The notes beneath the pieces are model-generated. The model made no database searches, was not told the DNA's origin, and worked only from the letters and a program-made list of their open reading frames with translations. The translations under genes were made by a program, and so were the position numbers. Shown piece by piece: positions 10,252 to 20,653 of a stretch of 64,000 nt of DNA (its first letter is position 1; each line of letters starts with the position of its first letter). This stretch comes from OCS155 cluster bacterium AG-422-J23 (GTDB lineage: Bacteria > Actinomycetota > Acidimicrobiia > Actinomarinales > Actinomarinaceae), in NCBI GenBank assembly GCA_003213625.1, contig QCMT01000001.1, positions 100,615 to 164,614 on the forward strand. Direction: 5' to 3'.

Positions 10252-10694
10252 ACCTAGAAAGATATGAAAGAGGGTTTTCTGAAGACCACAGAGGAAATGT
10301 TGAGTTTTTTAATGAATTAAACCTCAGTGATTACAAAAGATTTTATACAGTAACAAATCCAAAAATAGGAACTGTGAGAGCATGGCACGGTCATAAAAAT
10401 GAAAAAAAACTTATCAAAGTATTATCAGGCAAGTTTTTGGTCGGTGTAATTAAAATAGATGATTGGGAAAATCCAGATAAGACAATTGATCCAGAAATGG
10501 TCGAAATGGATATGAATTCAGACTTATTATCCATTCCAGAGGGTTATGCAAATGGAGCCATGAACCTTGAAGAAAATAGTAAAATAATGTATTTTTCCTC
10601 TTCAACTCTAGAAGACTCTCTAAATGATGATTACAGATTTGATTCAAAATATTGGGATCCTTGGACAAGCAATGGAGGTGAACTGTTTGAGTAA
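10248..10694 (+). CDS. Cupin-fold sugar-nucleotide isomerase/epimerase (RmlC / WxcM-FdtA / CapF-C-terminal-like)
   Basis: 148 aa. SEDHRGNVEFF and VRAWHGHK motifs typical of RmlC-like cupins. TTG start in a TTGA overlap with the upstream stop. Confidence 0.65.
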   Translation: MNLERYERGFSEDHRGNVEFFNELNLSDYKRFYTVTNPKIGTVRAWHGHKNEKKLIKVLSGKFLVGVIKIDDWENPDKTIDPEMVEMDMNSDLLSIPEGYANGAMNLEENSKIMYFSSSTLEDSLNDDYRFDSKYWDPWTSNGGELFE

Positions 10695-11592
10695 CCTTCT
10701 TATACTTGGCTCAACAGGTATGTTAGGAAAAATGGTTTCTTTAGTTTTTTCTGATTATTCCAAAGATAATCTTTTTTTTACATCACGTTCTGAAAATAAA
10801 TTTATTAGTGAATTGAACGGTGAAAAGATTAACTTTGATCCTATCAAAGATAACTTTGATGATTTATGTAAATTAACAAATCCTAGTTTTGTCATAAATT
10901 GTATAGGAGCAATAAAGCCAACCATCTCAGAAACAAAAGAATCAATTAGCAATGCAATATCTATAAACTCCTTTTTTCCACTAACAATTGCGAAAGCAAG
11001 TTTGGATTTTAATTTCAGCTACATTCAAATTGGAACAGATTGTGTATTTTCTGGATTAGAAGGAGAATATATTGAAACATCTATGACAGATGCCACAGAT
11101 GTGTATGGTAAAACCAAAATTGTTGGAGAGGTTTCTAGTAATAATAAAACCTTACTGCGTTCGAGTATTGTTGGACCTGAAACTGGGAGTGGTAGGTCAC
11201 TTCTTAACTGGTTTTTAAGGACAGATGAATCAGTAGTTAATGGATTTACAGATCATGAATGGAATGGCATAACAACATTAAACTTTGCAAAAATTGTATT
11301 AGGTATTACAAAGAACGAACAAACTCAAATTAAATTGCAACACCTAGTGCCAAGTGACAAAGTTAATAAGTATGAGCTGTTAAATCTTTTTAAAGAATAT
11401 TTCACAAAAGATATAGAAATTAATAATGTTTTATCAGACAACAAAGTTGATAGAACATTAAAGACATTGGATTCAAAAGCTAACCAAGAACTTTGGGCAT
11501 TAGGTGGATACAAAGAAGTTCCATCTATAAGAGACAATATATCTGAATTAGCTGAATTTGAAGGAACTAAAAAGATATTGGAATTTGTATGA
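10672..11592 (+). CDS. RmlD-like (dTDP-4-dehydrorhamnose reductase family) sugar-nucleotide 4-reductase
   Basis: ILGSTGMLGKM Rossmann near the N-terminus once the start is moved to ATG 10672 (or TTG 10687). YGKTKIVGE catalytic YxxxK. Confidence 0.65.
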   Translation: MEVNCLSNLLILGSTGMLGKMVSLVFSDYSKDNLFFTSRSENKFISELNGEKINFDPIKDNFDDLCKLTNPSFVINCIGAIKPTISETKESISNAISINSFFPLTIAKASLDFNFSYIQIGTDCVFSGLEGEYIETSMTDATDVYGKTKIVGEVSSNNKTLLRSSIVGPETGSGRSLLNWFLRTDESVVNGFTDHEWNGITTLNFAKIVLGITKNEQTQIKLQHLVPSDKVNKYELLNLFKEYFTKDIEINNVLSDNKVDRTLKTLDSKANQELWALGGYKEVPSIRDNISELAEFEGTKKILEFV

Positions 11593-12746
11593 AAGACCTT
11601 GGAATCATTTTAGGAATTAGACCTGATGTTATAAGGGCAAGTAAAATTATCAGACTTTTGTCTGAAAATAAAAATATAACGTATGATTTCATATGGTCTG
11701 GCCAGCATTATTCCGAGAATATGAAAGATGTTTTCTTTAAACAACTTAATGTTCCAAAACCTGATGTTGAATTTGAAATAGATACTACTAATGATGCATC
11801 AACAGTTTCTTCAGTGATTAAAAATACATTCAATCACTTAGAAAACAATAAGTATCAAGCTGTTGTTTTTCTTGGTGATACAAATACGGTCATGGGTAGT
11901 ATTGGAGCAGCACAGCACAATATCCCAATTGTTCACATTGAAGGATGTATGCGTTCATACGATTGGAGAATGCCTGAAGAAAAATACAGAAAAACTATAG
12001 ATCACTTGTCAGACAGGATATATGCTTATCTTGATTCGTACAAGACGCAAGGTCTAAATGAGGGAATTTCTGAAGATATAATAAAAGTAACTGGGAACCC
12101 CATAGTTGATATTATTCAAGAAAATCAAAATATTTTTGATTCGGGACATGAAAGTTTAGATAAAAATGTTTTAAATTTTATTGGAAAAAACGAATTCTTA
12201 TTAGCAACATCTCATAGGAGAGAGAATATATTAAACAACGATTCTCTTAAAAATATTGTAAATCTATTTAATTCTTCTGATATGAAAATAGTATTTCCTG
12301 CAGGATACAAAACTCAAGAAATGCTTAAATCATATGATCTAAAACTCAATTCGAACGTTTTGATGATTGACCCCTTAGGATATCTTGAATTTATGTATCT
12401 TCTTAAGAACTCAACCTTTGTAATGAGTGACTCAGGTACAGTAGTTGAAGAGGCATGTATTATGAATGTACCTTCTATTCAAATGAGATACTCAACAGAG
12501 CGTCCAGAGGTATATGATGTTAATGCTTCTATAAAATTTGATCCATCTGAGAAGATAAGTGACTTTCAAAGTTATTTAGATAAGGCTATGAAGTTGGTTG
12601 ATACAAAATGGGCTCAACCATTTGGTGATGGGAAAGCATCTGATAATATTGTTGACGACCTTGTAGAATTATCAGAATCAAACAGTTTTCATAAACACAA
12701 TAAAGAAAATTATCCATTTGACATTTCAAATTCATTTAAAGAATGA
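11589..12746 (+). CDS. UDP-N-acetylglucosamine 2-epimerase family (FnlC/Cap5G/WbvD-like)
   Basis: GIRPDVIRASKII, GDTNTVMGSIGAAQHNIPIVHIEG, MPEEKYRKTIDHLSD. 4-nt overlaps on both sides. Confidence 0.75.
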   Translation: MKDLGIILGIRPDVIRASKIIRLLSENKNITYDFIWSGQHYSENMKDVFFKQLNVPKPDVEFEIDTTNDASTVSSVIKNTFNHLENNKYQAVVFLGDTNTVMGSIGAAQHNIPIVHIEGCMRSYDWRMPEEKYRKTIDHLSDRIYAYLDSYKTQGLNEGISEDIIKVTGNPIVDIIQENQNIFDSGHESLDKNVLNFIGKNEFLLATSHRRENILNNDSLKNIVNLFNSSDMKIVFPAGYKTQEMLKSYDLKLNSNVLMIDPLGYLEFMYLLKNSTFVMSDSGTVVEEACIMNVPSIQMRYSTERPEVYDVNASIKFDPSEKISDFQSYLDKAMKLVDTKWAQPFGDGKASDNIVDDLVELSESNSFHKHNKENYPFDISNSFKE

Positions 12747-13906
12747 ATAAAATTTTATTTCACTCTTTAACAATACCTCCAGATAACGTTTCAACAGGAA
12801 TGTTAGTTGCTGAAATTGCAGATGGATTTAAAGAGCTTGGTGTTGATGTTGAGATATTGGCAAGCTCACCACAATACAATATCGAAAATAGTAAGAATCT
12901 AACTTCAGATAAATATTACACATCATCATATAAAGACATAAACATAACACATATAAGTTCAGCAAGCAGGAGTTTTAACAAAGTAACTAGGTTTTTTCAA
13001 TGGATAATGTTTCACTATCAAACAATTAAATTTTTATCGAAGAACAAAAAAAATTACTCTCATATTTTCATATTTAGTTATCCACCAACAATGAACTTAG
13101 TTGTAATTTATATAAAGAAATTTCTAAAGATTAAAGTTACATACTCATGCTGGGAACTTTATCCTGAAATTGCTAACAAAACATTGAAAACAAATTCTGG
13201 AATTTTATTTTACATTTTTAAAAAAATCGATACATACGCGATGAAACTTGCTGACAATTTGGTTGTAAACTCATCAGAATTAAAAGCATTTCTTATTAAC
13301 AATCGTGGATTAATAGATAAAGACATAAAATCAATTTATCACTTTTCTCCCTATGAAATATCAAATGAAAATCCAAATCTAGATAAAAAAACAATTTTGT
13401 ATGCCGGTAATATGGGTAAACCTCAAAATATTAAAAGATTTATCGATACGTTTAATTCTATTGAAGAGAAGAATTGGAAATTAAAATTTTTTGGAGCAGG
13501 TGAAGAATTTGATTCTATTAAAGATTTAGAAAGTGATCAATTAAATGTTTTTGAGCATTTACCAAGAAACGAATTATACGATAAAACGAAAGAAATTCCT
13601 GTTGGACTTATTTCGTTAGACAAAGAAATTACAGTAGAAGGTTTTCCTGGTAAAACTTTTGACTATCTTTCAATGAATAAAATTTTATTGTGTTTTGCTA
13701 ACAGTGATTCTGCTGTTTCAAAGTTTATAGAGAAATATGAATTAGGTTTTACCATTGACCCATATGATGAGACTTCGATGAAAAAAATATTTGATAAACT
13801 TAATGATCAATCACTACTTTTGAAATATCAAAAAAATATAAACAATCTAAATAAAAATATTTTAAATAAATCAAAGGTAGTTGAGGACTACTACTCCTTA
13901 ATCTAA
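12743..13906 (+). CDS. Glycosyltransferase family 4 (WbuB/WcaI-like)
   Basis: 387 aa. N-terminal ILFHSLTIPPDNVSTGMLVAEIADGF resembles the WbuB/WcaI-type N-terminus. GT-B size. Confidence 0.65.
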   Translation: MNKILFHSLTIPPDNVSTGMLVAEIADGFKELGVDVEILASSPQYNIENSKNLTSDKYYTSSYKDINITHISSASRSFNKVTRFFQWIMFHYQTIKFLSKNKKNYSHIFIFSYPPTMNLVVIYIKKFLKIKVTYSCWELYPEIANKTLKTNSGILFYIFKKIDTYAMKLADNLVVNSSELKAFLINNRGLIDKDIKSIYHFSPYEISNENPNLDKKTILYAGNMGKPQNIKRFIDTFNSIEEKNWKLKFFGAGEEFDSIKDLESDQLNVFEHLPRNELYDKTKEIPVGLISLDKEITVEGFPGKTFDYLSMNKILLCFANSDSAVSKFIEKYELGFTIDPYDETSMKKIFDKLNDQSLLLKYQKNINNLNKNILNKSKVVEDYYSLI

Positions 13907-14520
13907 TTTGCCCCTTTTCTTGATATAACAGAGATAATTGTCTGAAAAAGTATTTTGAAATCAAGGACAATGTTATAGTTTTCAACATATTCAATATCCC
14001 AATAAAGCCTCTCTTGTAGGCTTAAATCTAATCTTCCCTGGACTTGAGCAAGACCAGTAATTCCAGGTTTTACTGAATTTCTCTTTTTTTGATAATCACC
14101 AAGTAATTTTGATTCATAAACAACCAATGGTCTTGGACCGACAGTTGACATTTCTCCTTTTAGAACATTTATTACGTTAGGCAATTCATCTAGGGAAGTC
14201 TTTCTTAGAAAAAGACCAATTTTTGTTATTCTGTCATCGTTTTCAATTCGTATAGGATTTCCAGGCTCTAAAGATGGCTCAATTGTTTCTTTATCAGCTA
14301 ATTTTTTGTAATGCTCTTCGTGTAGATCCTCATCTGAGCTTTCATCCATAGTCCTGAATTTAAATAATTTAAAAATTTTACCGTTTTTACCAACTCTTTC
14401 CTGAACATATATTGCTGGATAACCATCTGAAATAATTATCAACAGGTAAATGATAGGAAAAAAGAATAAAAAAACTGGAATGAGAAAAACCATGATTGTA
14501 ATGTCAAAAATTATTTTCAT
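13903..14520 (-). CDS. Monotopic phosphoglycosyl transferase (bacterial sugar transferase family, PglC/WbaP-C-terminal-like)
   Basis: 205 aa. Single N-terminal hydrophobic helix, then PIRIENDDRITKIG...SLDELPNVINVLKGEMSTVGPRP. Confidence 0.85.
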   Translation of the reverse strand: MKIIFDITIMVFLIPVFLFFFPIIYLLIIISDGYPAIYVQERVGKNGKIFKLFKFRTMDESSDEDLHEEHYKKLADKETIEPSLEPGNPIRIENDDRITKIGLFLRKTSLDELPNVINVLKGEMSTVGPRPLVVYESKLLGDYQKKRNSVKPGITGLAQVQGRLDLSLQERLYWDIEYVENYNIVLDFKILFQTIISVISRKGAN

Positions 14521-14588
14521 ACAATATTTACTCTAAACTATTCAAATTAATTTACTTGAATAAAAAATATAACATTAGAGTTAGAGAA

Positions 14589-16430
14589 ATGTGTGGAATT
14601 GGTGGAATTGTTAGCACTAACAATTCTAAAATCGACCAAAATATTGCAAATGATATGAAAGTCTCCCTAGAACACAGGGGACCCGATCACTCTTCCATTA
14701 ATTATATTTCAGATTCAGAATGTTTTATTCACAGCAGGCTTTCAATTATCGATTTAGACTCAAGATCAAACCAACCTTATCAGGATGACGACAAAAGATA
14801 TACAATTGTATTTAACGGTGAAATCTATAATTTCAAAGAAATTAGAGCTGAACTACAGAGTAAAGGTGTTAAATTTTCTACGGAAGGCGATACAGAGGTA
14901 TTACTTAAAGGATATATTGAATATAAATCTGAAATTTTAAAAAAATTAAGAGGTCAATTTGCCTTTGCCATTCATGATGCAAAGAAGAGCTCTATTTTTT
15001 TAGCTAGAGACAGAATCGGAATCAAACCTCTATACTTTGCTAGGAATGATGATTGGTTTATATTTTCTTCAGAATTAAAGACTATAGAACAATCTAATTT
15101 AATTCCATTTGAACCTGATATTGAGTCTTATATTGCATATCTAAGGCATCTTTGTGTTCCAATGAATAGAACAGGAAATTTAAACATATCGAAAGTACAA
15201 CCTGGTGAGTACATAGAGTTTTTTTCAGACAATTCAATAAAATCTAATCAGTATTGGGATCCATTTGATATTGAAGTTAATAATGATATCTCAGAAGAAG
15301 AAGCAATTGAAAATATAGATAGATTATTAAATGAATCTGTTGAGTACAGGAAGGTAAGTGACGTTGAAGTAGGACTATTTCTATCTGGAGGGCTTGACTC
15401 ATCCTTGATTGGCAAGCTCATGAAACAAAATGAAAAAGCTGGACTGAAAGGTTTCAACATAGATTTTAAAGACCATTTCCCCGGATATGAGGGAGAGTTA
15501 AACGAAGCAAAATTTGCGGCAAGTAATAATGACATAGATTTAATTGAGGAGAATATTTCTTATCAAGAATTCCAAGAGCTTCTTGATAATTATTCTTTCT
15601 ATCAAGACGACTTAGTAGGGGATGAGGTTGGAATTCCACTTTATTTCCTAGGTAAGAAAACTAACAACAGCAAAATTAAAGTTGTTCAAGTCGGGGAAGG
15701 TGCAGATGAATTATTTTATGGATATGATCATTGGAATAGATATCTCAAATTGAATAAATTTTTTAAGCCCTTTTTTAAATCTACAAAAAAATACTCAAGT
15801 TTTAAGAATCATAGATTAAATATGCTTAGCAATATTCTATTTAATAGAACTTCATTTGCAGGCGGAGCTTTGGGCTTTAATTTAAAGGAATTAGATAGCT
15901 TGATAGAAGATGGTTTACCAAATCATTCTGATCTAATATTTTATGCTGACAATAAATGGAAAGATTATTTTTCTAACAAAAATTCAAAAATTTCTAAGTG
16001 GATGACTTTAATTGATTTAAAGATAAGACTTCCGGAACTTTTACTTATGAGAATGGATAAGCTTGTAATGCAATCTGCTGTTGAGGCTAGGGTGCCTTTT
16101 CTTGATCATAAATTAGTAGAATATGTACTTTCCTTGCCGGAAGAATTACTTATTGACTTAACTAATACAAAAAGTCTTCTCAAAAAGGTTGCGTTGAAAT
16201 ATTTACCTGATCAAATCATAAATAGAAAAAAACAAGGATTTAGGGCTCCAATAGGTGAGTGGATCAAGAAAGATGAGGAAAAATTCTATGAATCTGTGCA
16301 ACAGTTCAATTCTCTAGTAAATTTATTTAATGAAAGAGAATTAAATAATATCCTTAATGGAAATGACTACCAAAAAAAGTGGTATTTAATTAATCTTTCA
16401 AATTGGCATTTAGCAAGGGTTGCGAATTGA
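14589..16430 (+). CDS. Asparagine synthase (glutamine-hydrolysing) family amidotransferase (WbpS-like context)
   Basis: MCGIGGIV N-terminal nucleophile Cys and SGGLDSS PP-loop. Start set to ATG 14589 rather than track TTG 14556, so Cys is residue 2. Confidence 0.85.
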   Translation: MCGIGGIVSTNNSKIDQNIANDMKVSLEHRGPDHSSINYISDSECFIHSRLSIIDLDSRSNQPYQDDDKRYTIVFNGEIYNFKEIRAELQSKGVKFSTEGDTEVLLKGYIEYKSEILKKLRGQFAFAIHDAKKSSIFLARDRIGIKPLYFARNDDWFIFSSELKTIEQSNLIPFEPDIESYIAYLRHLCVPMNRTGNLNISKVQPGEYIEFFSDNSIKSNQYWDPFDIEVNNDISEEEAIENIDRLLNESVEYRKVSDVEVGLFLSGGLDSSLIGKLMKQNEKAGLKGFNIDFKDHFPGYEGELNEAKFAASNNDIDLIEENISYQEFQELLDNYSFYQDDLVGDEVGIPLYFLGKKTNNSKIKVVQVGEGADELFYGYDHWNRYLKLNKFFKPFFKSTKKYSSFKNHRLNMLSNILFNRTSFAGGALGFNLKELDSLIEDGLPNHSDLIFYADNKWKDYFSNKNSKISKWMTLIDLKIRLPELLLMRMDKLVMQSAVEARVPFLDHKLVEYVLSLPEELLIDLTNTKSLLKKVALKYLPDQIINRKKQGFRAPIGEWIKKDEEKFYESVQQFNSLVNLFNERELNNILNGNDYQKKWYLINLSNWHLARVAN

Positions 16431-17641
16431 TAAAAAATTGGAAAGAAAATACAATATACATATCTCTAATGCAATTAACTCTTTTAGGAGTTAATTTTTT
16501 TTTAATCACAATAATAAGTAGAGAGTATGGAGCAGAAATATATGGTGAATATGCAGCTTCAAAAAGTCTTTCTGTATTAATTGGAACAGCAACCGTATTA
16601 TCTCTTGCATTAGTTGTTACAAAACTAAGAGCTCAAAATGTTGGTTTCAAAAATTCTCTTTTTGCTAACTCATATTTTCTGGTTTTAAGAAATCTTGCAT
16701 TAGCCTTGGCGACAATTTTTCCATTATCAATTTTATTTGGCAGAGATTACCCAATAACAGCAATTTTTCTTATAGGTTTTGTTTTTAACGAAATGATTCA
16801 TATTGCACTGGCATATTTTCAAGCAGATGGCAATTTTGTAATTACTTCCAAGCAGATAATCGTTAGAACAATCCTTTATGGATTTGGTGCTTGGATTATT
16901 GTGATTAACAGTCTAGAAATAATATGGGTTGTAATATATCAATCGGCTATATTATTTCTATTTTTTCTAGTCGCTCATTACTACATTCCTAAAACAGAGA
17001 AAAAAAGAGATTCAGATAAAGATAAGTCGACAAGGAAAGAGCTGAATAATTCGGGAAGAAAAATGGTTCTTACAACATTCTCTAGTGCTTTGATTTCTGA
17101 GTTAGATATAGTTTTGTTAGGTCTATTTTATTTTGGTCCAGCTTTGGGTGTCTTGGCATGGTCTAGAAGAATATTAGAAATTATTTTTCAACTTTTAGCA
17201 GCAAGCCTTGATATATTATTTCCAGAATTGTCAAAAGCAAAAGACAAAAACGAAATTCAAAACATAAGAGATCGTCTAAAGAAAGTTTTCTTTTTTTCAT
17301 TTATTATTCCAGTTACGTTTTACTTGCTAAGAGATACTGCAGGAAATGTTCTTGTATCACTTCTTGGCGAAGAGTTCAGAGACGTCTCTTTTCAAACTTC
17401 TTTAATTCTTTTTTCATTACCTTTAATGGTTTGGTCTAGAATCAATATTATTTTTTCAAGAGCTCTAGGTTTTGAAGTTAATATAACAAAAATTATTATT
17501 TCAGGATCAGTAATTTCTTATATAGTTTATTTTGCACTTCATAATTTAAGTATTTCCAATCCGGCAATTTTGTCGATTATTTCATCACAAATGATTATTT
17601 CAATGTTTACTTCTTATAGTTTTAGGAAATCTTATGCTTAA
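16403..17641 (+). CDS. wzx: Polysaccharide flippase (Wzx / MOP superfamily)
   Basis: About 12 hydrophobic segments, 412 aa, in cluster context. An alternative TTG start at 16427 forms a TTGA overlap with the asnB-like stop. Confidence 0.65.
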   Translation: MAFSKGCELIKNWKENTIYISLMQLTLLGVNFFLITIISREYGAEIYGEYAASKSLSVLIGTATVLSLALVVTKLRAQNVGFKNSLFANSYFLVLRNLALALATIFPLSILFGRDYPITAIFLIGFVFNEMIHIALAYFQADGNFVITSKQIIVRTILYGFGAWIIVINSLEIIWVVIYQSAILFLFFLVAHYYIPKTEKKRDSDKDKSTRKELNNSGRKMVLTTFSSALISELDIVLLGLFYFGPALGVLAWSRRILEIIFQLLAASLDILFPELSKAKDKNEIQNIRDRLKKVFFFSFIIPVTFYLLRDTAGNVLVSLLGEEFRDVSFQTSLILFSLPLMVWSRINIIFSRALGFEVNITKIIISGSVISYIVYFALHNLSISNPAILSIISSQMIISMFTSYSFRKSYA

Positions 17642-19268
17642 ACTTTTTTTACAAAGAATAAGATTCAATCTAAGAAACTTATTTGCAAAAAAAATTGTTG
17701 TTCCCACAAATTTTAAATCTTTTGAGTACACCAATCCGAAATACCATCAGTTGTTGGCTTCTTACCTATTATCAAATACAGATGACGATATTAATTATTC
17801 TAAAAAAATTTTTGGAAAGGAAACTGACGATTTAGTAACATCAAAGGATATTTTTAGTGAAAATGATTTCCAATCACACAATAAATTTATTCCTGCTTAT
17901 TTCAACAAGGGTGATGTAAAAGTTCCTTATGAAGCCTCTAGGCTACAATTTTTACAAAAATTAGATTTATTATCAATCTTGAACACAGAGAAAAATTTGC
18001 ACGAAAATGTTGATGTAAACAATTTTCCATTAATTTACTGGAATAGTCCAATGGATGTAGCAATCAGAAATATAAATCTAATTTTTCATCGAAATTTTTT
18101 AGAAAACTATGATTTAGATTCAAAGATTCTTGGCAATAATAAAGACTTAATTGATACATTTATTAGTCAACATTATCAATACATAACCGAAAATCTTGAA
18201 GACGATGGAAATGTTGTCGGAAATCATTATTTAATTGAATTATGTTCAATAATTTTGACACTAGCAACTTATAAATTTGATGGTTACGAAGATGATACTA
18301 CATATTATTTGAATGAACTTAATAAAGAATTAAATAGACAGTTCTATAAAGATGGAACGAATTTTGAAGGATCATCCCATTATTCTGCATTTGTAACTGA
18401 AGCTTTAATCATCTTTAAACTTTCTTTAGATGAAATTGAACCTGATTCATCACTAATAGAATTAATTGAAAAGTTAGTATTTTCAAATAGAAGATTACTA
18501 AATTTGCTAATGGTTAATGGAGAACTTACTCAGATTGGTGATAATGATTCAGGGAGACTTTTCTACTTTTATCATGATGAAGATGATCCTTTAAAAATGG
18601 ATTGGTTAATAAATCTCATTGATCATTTCTTCAATTTTGAAAATAAAAATTTGATAGAAGTGCCCAATCTAAAAAATGATCCTATAGATTTAACTAATTT
18701 TTCAAAGGTTGATCATCCTTTAATTAAAATATTTCAAAATGATTTCAATCTTTATACATTTCCCAATTTCGGTATTTTTATATGGCGCAATAATGATGGT
18801 TCAGAATACTTTAGTATCAGGTGTGGCCAAATAGGACAAAATGGTGTTGGTGGACATGCTCATTACGATCAACTTTCAATTGAGTGTTTTACTGAAGGCA
18901 AATGGATAGCAAGAGATCCAGGTACGGGAACATATACAGACGATATAAAAACAAGGAATGAATTTAGATCAATGAAATTCCATTGGGGTCCAAATGCGGA
19001 TATAAAATTTCCAAAGGAATCAGAATTTGATTGTTTTAAGCTTAACTATATGGAAGATGGTAGATTGTTATTCTTAGACAAAAATAATTTTTTAGGTAGT
19101 GCAGTTTTTAATGGAAATAAAATTTATAGAAAAATAGTAATAGAAAATGGAAATATACTAATAAGTGATTTTTCTAATGATACGAATTTAAACCCCTATG
19201 AAAACTGGGGAGAACTGAATGAGGGAGTTAAATTTAAATTCTCGAAAGGATACAAGCGTATAAATTGA
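17634..19268 (+). CDS. Heparinase II/III-like family protein
   Basis: 544 aa. GGHAHYDQLSIE motif typical of the heparinase II/III C-terminal domain. No obvious signal peptide. Confidence 0.65.
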   Translation: MLKLFLQRIRFNLRNLFAKKIVVPTNFKSFEYTNPKYHQLLASYLLSNTDDDINYSKKIFGKETDDLVTSKDIFSENDFQSHNKFIPAYFNKGDVKVPYEASRLQFLQKLDLLSILNTEKNLHENVDVNNFPLIYWNSPMDVAIRNINLIFHRNFLENYDLDSKILGNNKDLIDTFISQHYQYITENLEDDGNVVGNHYLIELCSIILTLATYKFDGYEDDTTYYLNELNKELNRQFYKDGTNFEGSSHYSAFVTEALIIFKLSLDEIEPDSSLIELIEKLVFSNRRLLNLLMVNGELTQIGDNDSGRLFYFYHDEDDPLKMDWLINLIDHFFNFENKNLIEVPNLKNDPIDLTNFSKVDHPLIKIFQNDFNLYTFPNFGIFIWRNNDGSEYFSIRCGQIGQNGVGGHAHYDQLSIECFTEGKWIARDPGTGTYTDDIKTRNEFRSMKFHWGPNADIKFPKESEFDCFKLNYMEDGRLLFLDKNNFLGSAVFNGNKIYRKIVIENGNILISDFSNDTNLNPYENWGELNEGVKFKFSKGYKRIN

Positions 19269-20653
19269 ATACAAAAAAAATTACACCACTTTTCTATCTT
19301 TTTTTAATTGGTATTTTCTTTGAAAGCCTTGATGCTTTTAGTTTATTTTCAATACCCTTGCCTTGGATAGGAGTTTCTATTTTTATATTTATTTACGTAA
19401 TATATTATTTTTTTGGTTTTGAAATTCAATTTAATCAATTTGATTCATTGAGAGTGTTACTTTTATATTTTACCTCTGTTACTTTAATTAGAGCTGTATC
19501 TTACAGCCCCGATCTACCTGAGTTTGCTACTTCTTCATTCACTCAATACATTTCACTTAGACTACTTAAGCTGCTTGGATTTATTGCTGTTATTTGGTTT
19601 GTTTACACTTTAAGTAATTATTTCGAACGAGATACGATTATAAAATTTATATCTTTCATTGGCATTACAGTTTCACTTTTGTCACTAATATCATACTTTT
19701 CATACATATTTGATTTTCAAGATTTTTCAAGAAATAGACCTGGTTCAGGAGGTTGGTCTCAACCAATAAAGAGGGCATGCTCGATACTTAGGAATTATGG
19801 AACTTTCAGAGAGCCAAGTTTCTTGGCAGTTTGGTTAGCACCTATCATTCCGTTAAACTTTTATTTGGCACGAAAACGAGCTATTTGGTATGGGTTGTCA
19901 ATATTACCAATCCTTGCAATTATTTTATCGAGAAGTTTAACAGGAGTAATTAGCTTAATTCTTGGAATCCTATTTGCAGCTGTTTTATGGACATTAAAAA
20001 ATAAAAATTTTGACCTTCTATTTATTATTCCAATAATATTTTTATTGTTTTCCAGTTTTGTAGGTAATAGTCTTGGTTATAAATTTCCAGCATTAGACCC
20101 TTCAATGTGTCCACCAGAGTCTCCTGACAAATGTAACTGTTCAATATATGACGATAAATTAGATGAAGCTAAAAACTCAGAGAGTGTAACAAAAAGTGTA
20201 TTCGAAAGAATCACCCTGATCACAAGGGGAGGGTTAGATGGTTTTGAAAATATATCTATACTAAATCAATACATTTCTAGTGAAAATGTTCAAATATTTG
20301 GACAAGGATTAGGGATTGCTAATTTAAATTTCTCTCCAACTTTTGATGATTTAACAAAGAAAAATGTAGATGAAGAAATTGTTTATAGAAATCCAGGGCA
20401 GATTGTTTCATTTAATAATTTGTATATAAATCTTTATTTTTCAGGTGGAATTATTGGGTTAATATGGTTTCTGATATTTTTATTTAATGTTTTGAAAAAA
20501 CTTTATAACAACGGAAATGAATATTCTTTTTACATTTTTTCAAATTTAGTTGTCATCTTACTAATGTATTTTTTTCAGGCTGAGGAATTAAGTACAATGT
20601 TCGCAATTTCATTAGGCTTAATGCTTTTAGAGTTTAAAAATGAAAAAGTATAA
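19265..20653 (+). CDS. O-antigen ligase/polymerase-like polytopic membrane protein
   Basis: 462 aa, many TM segments, with a Cys-containing extracytoplasmic loop (DPSMCPPESPDKCNCSIYDD). Confidence 0.55.
   Translation: MNTKKITPLFYLFLIGIFFESLDAFSLFSIPLPWIGVSIFIFIYVIYYFFGFEIQFNQFDSLRVLLLYFTSVTLIRAVSYSPDLPEFATSSFTQYISLRLLKLLGFIAVIWFVYTLSNYFERDTIIKFISFIGITVSLLSLISYFSYIFDFQDFSRNRPGSGGWSQPIKRACSILRNYGTFREPSFLAVWLAPIIPLNFYLARKRAIWYGLSILPILAIILSRSLTGVISLILGILFAAVLWTLKNKNFDLLFIIPIIFLLFSSFVGNSLGYKFPALDPSMCPPESPDKCNCSIYDDKLDEAKNSESVTKSVFERITLITRGGLDGFENISILNQYISSENVQIFGQGLGIANLNFSPTFDDLTKKNVDEEIVYRNPGQIVSFNNLYINLYFSGGIIGLIWFLIFLFNVLKKLYNNGNEYSFYIFSNLVVILLMYFFQAEELSTMFAISLGLMLLEFKNEKV

Noticed and set aside
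14556-14588. TTG-initiated N-terminal extension of the asparagine synthase-like ORF
   Set aside because: Class II amidotransferases need Cys as the first residue after Met removal. MCGIGG at ATG 14589 fits; the 11-residue extension would block the nucleophile.
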